A DNA stretch of 63,900 nt, counting the filler, from Saprolegnia diclina VS20 (taxonomy: Eukaryota): the NCBI RefSeq assembly GCF_000281045.1. It is 5 parts of 3 records of this genome, joined end to end, with 100 filler letters (N's around TTAATTAATTAA, not from the genome) between each part and the next. Parts side by side here need not be neighbours in the genome. Positions count along the whole stretch, not along the records: positions 30,124 to 45,269 come from NW_008246157.1; positions 45,370 to 56,826 come from NW_008246157.1; 3 more parts are not named here. One strand, given 5' to 3'. Position 1 is the first letter of the stretch; the number at the start of each line of letters is the position of its first letter. The notes beneath the pieces are model-generated. The model was not told the DNA's origin. It did no database searches and worked only from the letters and a program-made list of their open reading frames with translations. Both the position numbers and the translations under genes were made by a program. Below, in pieces: positions 35,701 to 48,300 of this stretch.

Positions 35701-38700
35701 TTGACTTTCCATATATTCGAGAATGGGGTCATCTTTTGCTTTGGTAGGGCATTGGGCAGTTCTCGAGTTTTTCGGTATAGCAACTATTGCTTTTCATTTA
35801 GTTGTGTAATTTTCTACGTAGCGAGACGAGGAATTGATCGAAGCCATCGAGGACAGCAAAGTCGAAATCATTCGCACCTTGATAGAGAGTGGAGTGCACC
35901 CCGACGGCACAGGAGTGGTAGACTCTGACGTTGCTCACTCGTCTTGCAGTGTATATCGCACATGTATGATGTAGGGGGATATGACACCACTGATGCATGC
36001 AGTGCATTTCAATGACATCGCCGTGATCGATGTGCTGCTCGCATATCACGCCGACGTGAACAAAGCTTGCTGCGTACGGGCGTCGTCGCTCAAGAAGCGA
36101 CTAATCCACTTGTAGAGTCATTCCACTGCAATGCATCAAGCAGCGAGACAGAGCTCGAGCAAGACAATCGAGAGGCTGCTCCGCGTCGAAAACGCCAATG
36201 TCAACGTCAGGGACGGCGTATGGACAAGAGCGACATGACGACCGCTCATTTCCTTTTAGGCGCAAGACACGCCGTTGCATCTGGCGAGTGCGGAAGGGTG
36301 CTTGACGAATGTGCTTGCTCTTGTGAACGCTGGTGCCGATCTCGAGGCCACCGATGTGGTACATACTCGGCGACTCGAATACAACATTGTCTCAACTCGA
36401 GCGCTAGAACATGAATCGACCATTGCATTTTGCAGCGTCGTATGGACGCAAAGACGTCGCTGCCTTGCTCGTCAGTTGCAGCGCACGAACGTCCGAGCGC
36501 AATGCGGTCTCTCTGCGCTGCGCACATGTGACATGCTAAAGGGGTCTATTGTAGGGTGGCGAGACGCCATTGCATATTGCCCTTATGTGCAGTCATGACA
36601 ACGTGGCCACACTTCTTGTGGAGGCGGGTGCTGACGTCCACGTCCTCGCGGTCTTGTGTTTGCATCCCATGAGATAGAGCTCACGCATTTCCTGTCGCGT
36701 AGAGCGGACGTAGCCCATTACATTGTGCTTGCGAATATGGAGTTGCCAAGGTCATTCCAGCGCTACTTGCCCGAGGCGCCGACGTCAACGCCAAACATGT
36801 ACATACACCGCCTTGACGTTGCTCATAGGTCGTCGGGTGTAGGACTTGGCATCGCTGCTCGTCTCGGCCATTGAAGGAGACCGCATGGATGTTGCTGCGG
36901 CGCTTCTGGCGTCGCCCCACATTGATCTCCACGAATGCCAGGACGTAGGGCTGTACATTGTGACGCTCCTCTTGTGACGCGCATGTGTCCTGTAGGACGG
37001 CCAAACGATCTTGCATGCCGCTCTGCTCAATGGCAACCATGAAATTGTTCGAAGACTGATCCAAGCGGGCGTCGATGTTGACCAAAGAGAGACAGAGGTC
37101 CATCACAATCACGCCTACGTAACGCTTTATGACTAAAGGGTCATGGAATAGTTGGGCGTAAACGCCTTGGACCTGGTCCTGAGAATGAATGACCGCGAAA
37201 TGGACCACATTGTGACGCCCGCCAGTAATCATGTACGTCCCAGCATTTCAAATCCCAAATCAAATCGTGATAAACATCGTGTCATAGCTGCAAGCATTGA
37301 TGCGCGCACTGCGTCGCCAAAATGTACCCCGCTTTGCCGCCCTGCTTCAAAAGCCAAACAGCTGTAACTTCTCCGACGAGGTACAAAACCCCCTCGAAAT
37401 TTATGCTGCCTATCGTCGTTGGAAATTCCAGGCGGGCAACTCTCTGGTCCACAGCGCCGTACTCGCCGGCAACGAGGCGATACTTGACCTGCTCCTCGCC
37501 CAACCGCGCGCCCAATGCGATACACGCAACCATGTACGCGAGACTACATTACGTCTCGCACATTTTGACTTTGCGTGCTTGTGTTGTAGGAACAAAAGAC
37601 GCCACTGGCACTTGCGATCGAGGGTGGCAGTCGCTCGATGGCCAAAAAGCTTTTTGATCGCACACACAAGTCCGTGGTCGAGGTAAGCTTGTTGTAGAGA
37701 ACAAGAGTTTCAGCCCGCTGCTGTAGATTTCGGAAGCCGAGTACGAAGTGACCACGAAAGAGCTCGGTGCCGGTGGGTTTGGTGTCGTCCTCCTCGGCTG
37801 GTACTTGGGCCAAAAGGTTGCGATCAAGAAGCTCAAGAACGCAGGTCTCCGCATGCCGTTCGAGGCCGAAGTCAACGCACTTCTTACGTATCTCTGAATG
37901 TACTTGATCGAGCGCTCATCGAAACATTTATGTAGCTGCCCGTCGCCATACCTCATGCGGTTGGTGGCCATCGCAGACTGCGATTCTGAGAACCCGGCGC
38001 TTCTATTTGATTACATGGACAGCGGCAGTCTTCGGACGTACCTTGACAAAAAACGGTTCAACGGACGTACACGCGTGACCGTGACCAACCTCCAAGTGGC
38101 GTGGGTCGTCGCCAACGCTTTGAAAGACCTTCACGCCAAGAAGCTCGTGCACCGCGATGTCAAGAGCGACAACGTCCTCTTGGGTGCAGGTGGTGAAATC
38201 AAGCTCGCCGATCTCGGCTTGGCGCGGCTCGAAGCCACCGACATGACCGAAGCGCCTGGTACTCGGTACTGGATGGCCCCCGAGATCCTGCAGGCTGGAG
38301 GCACGACGTACGGTCGACCCGCCGACATCTACGCCTTTGGCGTTCTCCTCACGGAGCTCGACACATGCGAGCTGCCGTACTTTGACCAGGACGTCCAGGA
38401 TCCAATTATGTTTGTGGACGGTGTCATCCGTGGCACTCGTCGTCCGACGTTGACGAAGAATGGCCAGCTGTGGCTGCGCCAGTTGGCAGAGACGTGCCTA
38501 CTCGGAGACCCAAAATCGAGGCCGACAGCCAACCAGATTGTCGAGGTGCTGCAGAAGGAAATGGCGGCGCCTGCGACGGCCACAAAATCGCCGGTAAGCA
38601 TATTGTCTTCTCCAATCGTTATATCTGACAAGTTGGCAATTCAGGAGACAGATACATTTTTGCGTGCGGTGGCAAATGACGAGATCGACGCGGTGAGGGA

Positions 38701-40926
38701 ACTGTTCGGGTACAGCATGCCGTATGCCTTGCCACCCATCGTATGACGTCCTCACATGAAAAAGGAGCATTTGAAATCGATCATGTAGGTCGGTTCGATA
38801 CTGCTCGTCGTTGCCACGACATCTGGTGCCGTCAAGACGCTTCGATACCTCCTTAAAAGCTGGCCCAATGTCAACGAGCTACATGTATGACGTGCTCTTT
38901 GCAAAGGTTGGGACCAACCTGAGTGCGTAGAACGGCACCACATTGCTCCACGGAGCTGTATCCGCAAATTCGAAGAAAACCCTGGAAATGCTTATCGACG
39001 CAGGGGCCGACGTTGACACACCCAACCACGTACGAAAGAGATCGTTACCGACATATCAACGTATCAAACAACGACGTAGGAGGGCAAGACGGCGCTCATG
39101 ATCGCATTGAACACGGCAAGAACGTGCATCACGCCGCTCCTAGCGACAGGAGCCGACGTTTGCAATCTGGTCGCACTGGACCCACGTCCATGGTCTCGCT
39201 CATGCACAACCATGGTTAGGACGGAACAACCCTGCTTGAAAAGGCTCGTAACGCTGGCGTGTCGGACTACTACGTGTCAGCACTCACGATCGCCGAGTCT
39301 CGCGTACGTGCACCAAGTGTCCTTCTTTGATGCTGGCGACGATTCCGATGGCATCCATTGACGTCTGTAGAAAGAAAACGTTGACAAGCCCGTGATCATG
39401 TGCGCCGAGTGTGGCAACTGGCATGCGGTCGATGCTGTTTGTTCGTGTGGCCACGACGCATCGTCGACGGACCGCATGGTCGCGGTGGTCCGGCGCTTGA
39501 TGCGGCTGCACCATCGCGGCTTCTCCGTCATGTGGATGCGCACGTGCAATAACTGTCACCAGTCGACAATGACAATCGTCGAGATGATCTGCCCCAAGTG
39601 CGGCACGGAGTCACGGAAGAGTATGACGGAGCTCAAGATGCTGAACATTCGCCTCAAGATGGCCATGAAACCGACAGCAACGCGGCTCGTACGATTTTTC
39701 AAGGGGTTTTCAAGGCCCACACCACCTCCTTGTAGGCTCCGAACAATGTACCGGAGATCCCACACGGCATTCTACGCTGGCTGGCGCGCACCAACGAGCT
39801 GGCTGCGCAGCCATTGCGGACGCTGGAGAGCAAGGATCGAATCGCAGACGACGAGCAGGAACAAGCGGGCACGGGGGCGCTCGGCGGCGCCCGCTGCGTT
39901 GGGCGGTTTGTGTGTCTTCAGCACCTTCTTGATGGCGAGGTCTGTCCCTTTATGACACCGCGTGATCAGGTTTGATGATAGCACCAATATGACGCACTCA
40001 ACGTTCTTCTCTTTAGAGCCATTGCACGTCGCATGGGAGTACGAGTCCGGTGGACCGGGCGGCCGCCATGGGACCCACAAGGATGGAGTCAGAGCCCGAG
40101 GTAAAATCGTACTTCATACACGGGGGATATGTATGGTACCTAGATATTGGCCGATGAGCTTCCAAAGCCCGGTGTGCCCTTCAAATTGCACGAGGCCATC
40201 GTCACGCACCGGCGCGTCCGTACCGTCGAGCACTTCGACGCTATCGTGAGGTACATTTCTTGCAGGATGGACAATAGAAGTTGAAGGGCCCCGATGTACA
40301 GTTGCTCATCGCCGCATCTCCTGAAGATCGTGGCTTGCGTGGCCCCGACGAGTATTGTCGTGTCGCATCACGATAGTCTCTATGAGTTGATACAAGTCCC
40401 GGACGAGTGCAAACTAGAGCTGGACGAAAAGGTGAACCAGATCCAAGTCGCCTACGCCGTGGCGAAGGCCCTCGCCGAAGTTCATAGCCACGGCCTCGTT
40501 CACGGGTATCTCTCGAGCCACAACGTCTTTTTCGATTCGTCCGAGTCCACCAAAGTCGGCGTCCCTGGCACGTCGGCGATTGACGATGCGCTGCTGGCGT
40601 GGACGGCGCCCGAAGTGCTTGCCGGCCACTCGCCTCCGTCGTTCGCGTCCGACATTTACGCCTTTGGCATCCTCTTGACCGAGCTCGACACGTTGAAGTT
40701 GCCCTTTGACGACTACGATTTTGAAGACGACGTTGAGATCACGACGGCGGTCGTCGACGGCGGCTTGCGCCCCACGCTGCGCGACGACTGCGAGCAGTGG
40801 TATCGGAATCTCGTCGGTCTGTGCTTGGACGTCGACCCGCACCATCGCCCGACGGCCGCAGACCTCGTCGAGCTGCTACTCCGAGGGATTTGGGATTACG
40901 TCAGGTCCTGCGCTAAGTCCAAGTAG
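32772..40926 (+). CDS. Giant ankyrin / tandem-kinase protein F: ANKx13-kinase-ANKx13-kinase-ANKx~5-double Zn-ribbon-pseudokinase
   Basis: More than 35 exons read manually. Ankyrin exons are about 96-102 nt with phase-0 introns (e.g. 32910-33008, 33058-33156). Kinase 1 (~34671-35425): GRGGFG, VAVK, HRDIKPDN, DVG, APE. Kinase 2 (~37727-38560): GAGGFG, VAIK, HRDVKSDN, DLG, APE. Zn ribbons ~39400-39666. Pseudokinase: HGYLSSHN, no DFG. Splicing at 39950-40250 is unresolved. Confidence 0.8.
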
Positions 40927-41039
40927 CACACGTGGGCTCTATCAAGGCTACACAGCGCTGCTCCAATGAACTTTGTGATGCTGTGTAGTTTTGCTGTGTT
41001 TTGCCGAGTTATTGATGGACCGATCAGAGCATTGTGTGA

Positions 41040-41140
41040 CGTGGGATAGCCCGTACATCACCAATACCCTTGACGCGAGCTTGCACGTCCCGTTCAAGCT
41101 GCAGTCGGTTTTCGAGTACATGAACCGTGGCGATCTCAAG
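41040..41140 (+). pseudogene. Isolated kinase-domain remnant
   Basis: SPYITNTL...VFEYMNRGDL resembles the kinase subdomain IV-V of neighbouring genes, with no flanking kinase sequence. Confidence 0.4.
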
Positions 41141-41559
41141 AGTGGGACTCGAACCCAGCTCTCCTTAGTCTTAGTGGTACCAACCGTCTACTAGTATACA
41201 CTGTAGAGACGTCGTTTGGCGGTACACCCGCGTCGTCGCGAGAGCCACTGTGGCCGACGCCAAATCGAAGGGACATAAGCGGTACCTCGGCCATTCTCGC
41301 TGGTAGTCCTTGGTCTAGCGCATGCAGTAGGCAGTGCTATGTATAAAGATCCTTCTGCGTACGCTTTGCAAGCTTGAGTGTGAAAACTCCATCCAATAGC
41401 CCGTCTCTATTCGGGTACATGGCCATCGCATGGACCACATACGAGCCAAAACGTTATAAAGGCGGTCCATGTACTGGACTGGCTGTACCACTAGCCAGAA
41501 CGCCCGCCTGTCTTTTGGCAAGCAAATCATTGACGGGATTTCACACTGAAGCGCCGGCG

Positions 41560-44537
41560 ATGTGGCAACCCAGGACCGACGACCCGGACAAGGCGCTGTA
41601 CCTGGACGCCGCGAACCTGATCGATGACGCTATCGCCAATGTGCGCACCAGGTGTCTCAGAGCCAGCAACGCGCCACCACTTCGCATCGACGGCATCGAC
41701 GGTGCCATCACGTGGCCGCTCGCACCTGCACACGCAACAACCCTTGCAGCACTTGACATTCCCAATGGCACACTTCTACCGGCGTCCTTTGCTTTTGCCC
41801 GGCCTACTGCGTGGCGCCTGGTCGTTAAAGACGTGCTCCATCGGGAGGCGGCCCGTGCGATCACGGACGCCGACATCGTTCTCTCGCACCTCGTTGTCGA
41901 CGCCGTTGGCACCGGCGCCGCGCTCCTCCCAACAACCATGCCGGACGATACCTTTGGCTACATGATTCTGCACTTGCCGTCGGCCTACGACGGCGGCAAG
42001 ATGGCATTTCGCTATGGCTACATGACCGAGACATGGACGCCCAACAGTCGCAAAGTCGAGATGGTCACGACGTACCGCGACCTCGTCCCGACCTCGACGC
42101 CCATCACAAGAGGAGTGCGCATGGCACTCGTCTTCCGTCTCGTCATGATCGACGACGACGATGACGTTCCAGCGCCATGCAACCAAGCCAAGGCCATCGC
42201 CGCCTTCCAGCGTGTCGCTGAGCTGCCGCTACACACGCACCACCGCGTAGCGTTCTGTAATGACGAAGACGCTTCGATCGACCGTGTCTGGACCTTTGGC
42301 TCTCTCGGTTGGTACGAAACCGGCTTGGTGGGTGTGCTCTTGACCACTGAACTCTACGACGTTGCGATCGTGACGTTTGCCAAAGAGTCGGACGAGGATG
42401 TGGCCTTTGAGAACGAGCTGCGACGTGGCCGCCGCAGCAGCGACGACGAACACAGTGACGATGACGACGTGTACGAGGCCCAGTTTACGAATCAAGTCGC
42501 GACGTGCACGCCGCACCCGTCGAGTCAGATCCCTTCGACGGTCGTGGACGCGCTCGTGGGCAGCCGCGTCGACGCCTTCCTCTTTGACAACACGCCGATC
42601 GACCACGACTCGTTCGAGTGCCCGCCGTTCGCGCTCATCTTCTGGCTCAAGCGGTATCGGGCGAGTATCCTCGGTCTGGACATTGTGCTGCCGCTCGTGA
42701 CTGAAGCCATTACCAACAATACTGTGGACCAGCCGTGCCTTGGGCTTCTGAGCATCCGAGACGTTCTGCACGGCGCACTCGATGTCTGCCGCCTTGAACA
42801 CCTCGGTCGCGTCGGCAAATGCTCGGGAACGTCGCCCCTCGCGAAGCTGTGTGACGTGCTTCTGGCGCTTGATAACGTCGAGCTGGTCATCATTTTTCTC
42901 CGAGATGGCCTTTCTGTCGGCTACGACAGGTCCATCAAGACGGTCGCCGCGTGCATTCATGCATGTCTCGAGCGGTATGGCTGGCACCGGCGATGCTCGG
43001 TCTGCTCTCTCGGTGGTACCGGCCGCTCATGTTTCGAGCGCCGCCGTGGCAGTACATTGACATTGACTGCGCGCCGCGGCTCCTCGCAAGCCTTGCAGGC
43101 ATCGCGACCGACGCCGTGTGTCCGCCACTCCACCAGCCGTTTGTGTGCGAGCTGATCAAGCTGTGCTACCACCGCGCACTCGACCAACATCGGTTCCTCC
43201 CAGAGAGCGACTCCAATATCGAGATGCTCTGTCGGTTTGCGACCCATGTCGTCCTCCTCGACTGGTACCTCGACGAAGGCGCGCCGAATGCGGCCGGCGG
43301 CAACTACCTCAGCACCTTCTTGCCGCCAAGTATGATCCTTGTGGTCGAGTCGTTTGTGTACAATCATAGACCCGGCACGTCGACGCTGCTCAGCCTACGG
43401 ACACCGTCGATGACATCCAAGCTGCTTTCGTATCTTCCGGAAGCGCTCGTCATGGCGTTGAAAAGTCAGACCACGATCTCCATCGACCGATACGTCCGCG
43501 TCATTGAGCGCGCTCTCAAGACGTTCACGCACGCTGACAAAGTGCAACATGAAAAGCTGGGAACGACCATCTTTGCAAGTGTTCTCAATCTGCTGGACCG
43601 AGTCGGGCGCTGCGACGCCGTTCGATTTGAAGCGATCTGGACGCTCTTTTTTCCAGCGTCACTTGTCGGCACACGGCAGCTGCTCCAACAACGGACACTG
43701 CAGGACGATGTGCGCGCTCGTATTGCGTCGCATGTTCTGGCACTTGCGCCGACGCTGTCGGCCCAGCACCTCTCGCGGCCAAGGTACTGTGGCGCCTACA
43801 CTTCGTGGGAGCAACCAGGGTTGCTGGCGGTCGAGGTGTTTGCGATCGTCGACGCGACACAAGTGCCGTCGCTTCTCCAGCGATGGCTCGAGGCCGTGAA
43901 CCGTGAGACCCCGGTGACGCAGTCAACTCTGAAGGTCGGTGACGATGACGAGTCGCACTCCGCTTCTTTGTTCATCCGAGACCGAGCTCTAAAACTCTAT
44001 TTTCCTTTGGCCCAACTGCTTGCAAGCGTCACACCACAGCACGTCGACGAGATAAACGGAATTGTACAGCGCTGCCTCGCTGTGTTTGGCGGCGTCCGTA
44101 GCCGCCCACCCCTTCCTATCATCAGCGATTACGTCTTTGACGCCACGCCACTGGATGCAAGTCATTGCTACTTCTGCAAGATCGTGGTCGACTTCTTGAG
44201 CGACGGCACCTGCATCCGACTGCGCTCGCTGCAAGTACCGACGCTATGTGAACCCGGGCGGCGCTGTATCGACACCAACGACCACCGCCTCGAGCTACGT
44301 CACAAGCGTCATGCGTCGTATGTCGAAGTCACAAAAGTGCCGGTTGAAGGCGGCGTGAGTGCGGGCCAACAGTACGAGCTTGTCCGTGCCCAGCGTCAAG
44401 ATGCCGAGGACCGCGCGCGTGTTGCGGTTCTGGACACCATCGTGGCCGACGCGCAACGACCAACGGCGTTCGATACAGCGACCGACGACGACGCGCCGCA
44501 TCAACATGGCGTCAAGCGTCAGCGACGATCATTTTAG
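41560..44537 (+). pseudogene. Large 2OG-Fe(II) oxygenase-like family gene with one frameshift (~42980-42995)
   Basis: Overlapping ORFs 41374-43155 and 42951-44537 join at ERYGW / LAPAMLGLLSRW. The N-terminal fold motifs are FGYMILHLPSAYDGG and PITRGVRMALVFRL. The C-terminal motif is HCYFCKIVVDFLSD. This is either a pseudogene or a sequencing indel. Confidence 0.65.
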
Positions 44538-45269
44538 ACGACGGCTGCATTGAATCAAGGTCAATACGCAAAAGGGTAGGACCCTAGATTGAATGTATCT
44601 ATTGTCGATAATTGTTGTTTGACACGTCTTACACAAAAAGTGGTGCATCGGCTACCATGATGGCGGTATGTAGCCGTCCCCGTCCTTGGCACCCGCGTCT
44701 TCGTCGTCGGCGTACGTTTTGGTCATGACATTGTCACAGTCGTCAACAAAGCCCGCTGCCTCCAGGTCGACAATCGTCCGCGCTTCGTCGGCACCGCGTC
44801 GAAAAGGATCGTATCCAGCATCCGCTGTCGCGCCCGAAGAAGCTCTTGAAGTGCGTTGCACGTGGCGCACGTACAGCAACACGGGTCCAAGAGCCCGTGG
44901 ATGCGCTTGTCATCCCTTGCTTTGGCTGCCGTGGCGCCCATGAGGTTAACCCTAGTCTTACCGGTAATTGGTTGTGAAGCTACTAGTTAGTACAAGTTTG
45001 TACTAATTGAAACACTGCGTGTCGTCGAGTTGGGCGAAGGGTGAGAGCGTGGTATCGGCTACGTGTTATCGGAGCTTACATGGTCGAGTTGTCTGCCCAC
45101 GCAGCCATTTAAAAGGAATTATTCCTGCCTCGGGCAAGTATAATTAGTCGACGCAGTGCGATTGTGTTGCTGTACCAGCTATGGATGAAAGATCGAGGTT
45201 TGTCAAGCAAAATGTATGTGCCAATCAAGTACGAGCTGCTCTACACTGTAGCTGCTGCTCTGGTGTACT

Positions 45270-45369
45270 NNNNNNNNNNNNNNNNNNNNNNNNNNNNNNN
45301 NNNNNNNNNNNNNTTAATTAATTAANNNNNNNNNNNNNNNNNNNNNNNNNNNNNNNNNNNNNNNNNNNN
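45270..45369. other. Assembly spacer (N-run with TTAATTAATTAA)
   Basis: TTAATTAATTAA at 45314-45325 within Ns. Confidence 0.95.
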
Positions 45370-48300
45370 AATACGCTCGTGCACCTTGCGGTCTTGGGCC
45401 AGCACGACGCGCTTCTGGACATTCTCCTGGCGCAAGAGGGTGTTCAGACGACGCCTCTCAACAAGGTCTCTCTCTGCGTGTACGAAGTGCTACCCTAACC
45501 ACTGTGGTACTAGTTTGGGGAGACGCCCATCATGATTGCGATCAAGATGGCCAACAAAACTCTTGTGACGCAGCTGCATCACGCGCAAGCAACGCCAGCC
45601 GTCGAGGTACAATGGTTTCATCGGAAGACATTCTTAACCAGCTCACGTGACGTAGATTTTGGCAAGCGATGTGATGCGGTTGGGCGAGCTGGGGCGCGGT
45701 GGCTACGGCGTTGTGTACAAAGGGTCGCTTCACAACCACGACGTCGCTGTCAAGACCTTGAAAGATGTACAAGGCGATGCAGCGACCTTGCGCTGCGAGA
45801 TGGCCGCCATGGAAGCGTACCTCCGCCTCTGTTCATTCGTGTACGCTCAGGACGTCACTGCATAGAAATGCATCGCCGTACTTGCTCCGGCTGCTGGCGA
45901 CTGTCGACATTGACTCGACGAACCCGCAGCTCGTGCTCGAGTACATGGACGGCGGCGATCTTTCGTCGTACCTCGACAAGGTGGCCAACGACCAAGCCGT
46001 AGCGGTGGGCTACTCGTCGCTCGAGGTGGCGTGGGTCGTTGCCAACGCTTTGAACGACCTCCACGCCAAGGACGTCGTCCATCGCGACATCAAGACCGAC
46101 AACATCCTCCTCTCCTCGACCCAGTACATCAAGGTGGCTGACGTGGGGATTGCCAAGAAGAAGACGTCGCTCATGACGACGGGGGCTGGCACCAACAAGT
46201 GGATGGCTCCCGAGGTGCTCATATCGGGCAGCAACTACGGCACTCCCGCCGACATGTTCTCGTTTGGCGTCTTGCTCGAGACGCTCTTCCCCGACATGGC
46301 AAGCTACGCCGACGCCGACAACACTCCGTGGTATGCGGCGCTGCACGCGCGATGCAAGGCGACGGCACCCGAGACGCGCCCGACGGCGGCCGACGTTGTC
46401 CAGCTTCTGCGTCCGGAAATGCAACAGTACGTTGCAGTGATTGATGGCAGGTGACGCATGATGGTGCAGGCGACCGGAGCTCATCGTGTCACGTCCTGCC
46501 TTTGTCGCCGATCTTGCGGTAGATGGCTTTTTGCTGTGTTCTACCAACTGAGGTTTCATGTAGAGCGAACAGGTGTCCTCAACACCGACGAACGTCCTCT
46601 CTATTGAGTCGAATGCGTCGGCGTCGGCGGGCCCACGACCGGCGATTCGAACGTCCATGGTACGCTTTCAATATGGACTTTGCGGCTGCAACTACATCTG
46701 TGCTAGGCCGTGGGTGCTGCTATCTCGGACATGACGGTACTTCTACACGACAATATGTTCTCGTTGCATAGATATAATGTCTGCATAGCCGGAGCAAGCA
46801 TTCCTCCGCGCTGTTTACAGCGGTGACGTCGATGGCGTCATCGCCCAACTCGACGATGGCGTGCATCCCGACTGTGCGACTGAGGTCCACTTGCTTCTCT
46901 ACCGACTCTGCTAAAGCCACCCGATTAGATTGGCGAGACGGCACTTGTGTTGGCGGTGAGCCGAGGCCACACGCGTGTGGTTGACCTCCTCCTCGCCCGT
47001 GGCGCCAATACCAACCTCGATACCGCGGTGCGTTGTGGTACCACAGAGAGAGAAGACACCGTCATCTATCTCTAGGACGGGACCTCGGTCTTGCACGTCG
47101 TCGTGGCCCAGAAGCGCCATGCTCTGCTCGAGACTCTTGTCGCTGCCGGCGCCAACGTCAACGCCCGCAACGGCGTACGAACGCATGCCATATGAACGTA
47201 CCCTAACCCGCAGGTGCTAGCGCGGCGACACGCCACTGCATGCAGCCACGCGACTCGACGACGTGGCTTTGGTCGAGCAATTGTTGGCAAGCGGCGCTGA
47301 CCCCAACTTACTCAACGATGTATGCACGCCATTTGCTAGGTTGCAATATCGCATCGGAATATCGTGTTTAGGAGAAGGCCTTGCCGCTGCATGATGCGGC
47401 GGGCAACGGACGGGACATCCAAATCGTCACGGCGTTGCTTGCGCGTATGCGCAACGTCGACCAGCCCTACGGCAACGACGGCGACAACTTTGCCGGTGCG
47501 ACGGCGCTCTACATGGCGGCCATGCATGACCACGCGGCCGTCGTCGACCTGCTCTTAAACGCCGGCGCCAACGTCAATGCCGATGCGGTACATCATGCAA
47601 ATATGGTTCTCGCACCAAAGGACGAGACGTGTTGTGTGGCGTAGGTTGGCGAGAGCCCCCTCTTTACGGCGTCGTCCAGAGGCCACGCGGACGTGGTGCG
47701 CAAGCTGCTCGCGAGTTCGCCGAATGTGAATGCGGTTTATGTACCTTTCCTCTGTTTTCAAGGCCGATTGGGTGCTGAGCATGGCGTAGGAATCGGTGTC
47801 GGCTCTGTACGTGGCCGTGCACGAAGGCCACGCCGACGTTGTGGCCGCGCTTTTGGCCGCGCCTGGCATTCAATTCGACCAAGACGACATGGTATGCCAC
47901 GTGTAGACCGCATATGATGGACAATATTGTCGTAGAATGGTGAGACGCTGTTGCACGTGGCCGTAGCGATGGACAATACCGACGTCGTGCGCGTGCTCTT
48001 GAACGCTGGCTTTGACATCAACGCGACCAACAAGGTCGACAAGTACATCCTGTCTAGCATAATGATCGTTTGGGCTGCGTAGCAAGGACAACGGCCGATC
48101 GAATATGCGGGACGCCTCCGCAACACGACGATGATGGGTCTGATGACCGACGCCTCGGACCACGTAGCTTTCCCAATACCTTTGGCTCGGTGCACGAAGT
48201 TGCGTTGTGTATCGTAGAAATACGCGCTCCAGGACGCCGCCAACGCCAACGACTTGGCCAAGGTGCGCTCGCTGCTGAGTCGCCCGTTCAACAGCAACGC

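Noticed and set aside
32772..39400. Regular ~150-bp periodicity resembling a CRISPR or repeat-spacer array
   Set aside because: There is no conserved DNA repeat. The periodicity comes from ~99-nt ankyrin exons plus ~50-nt introns.
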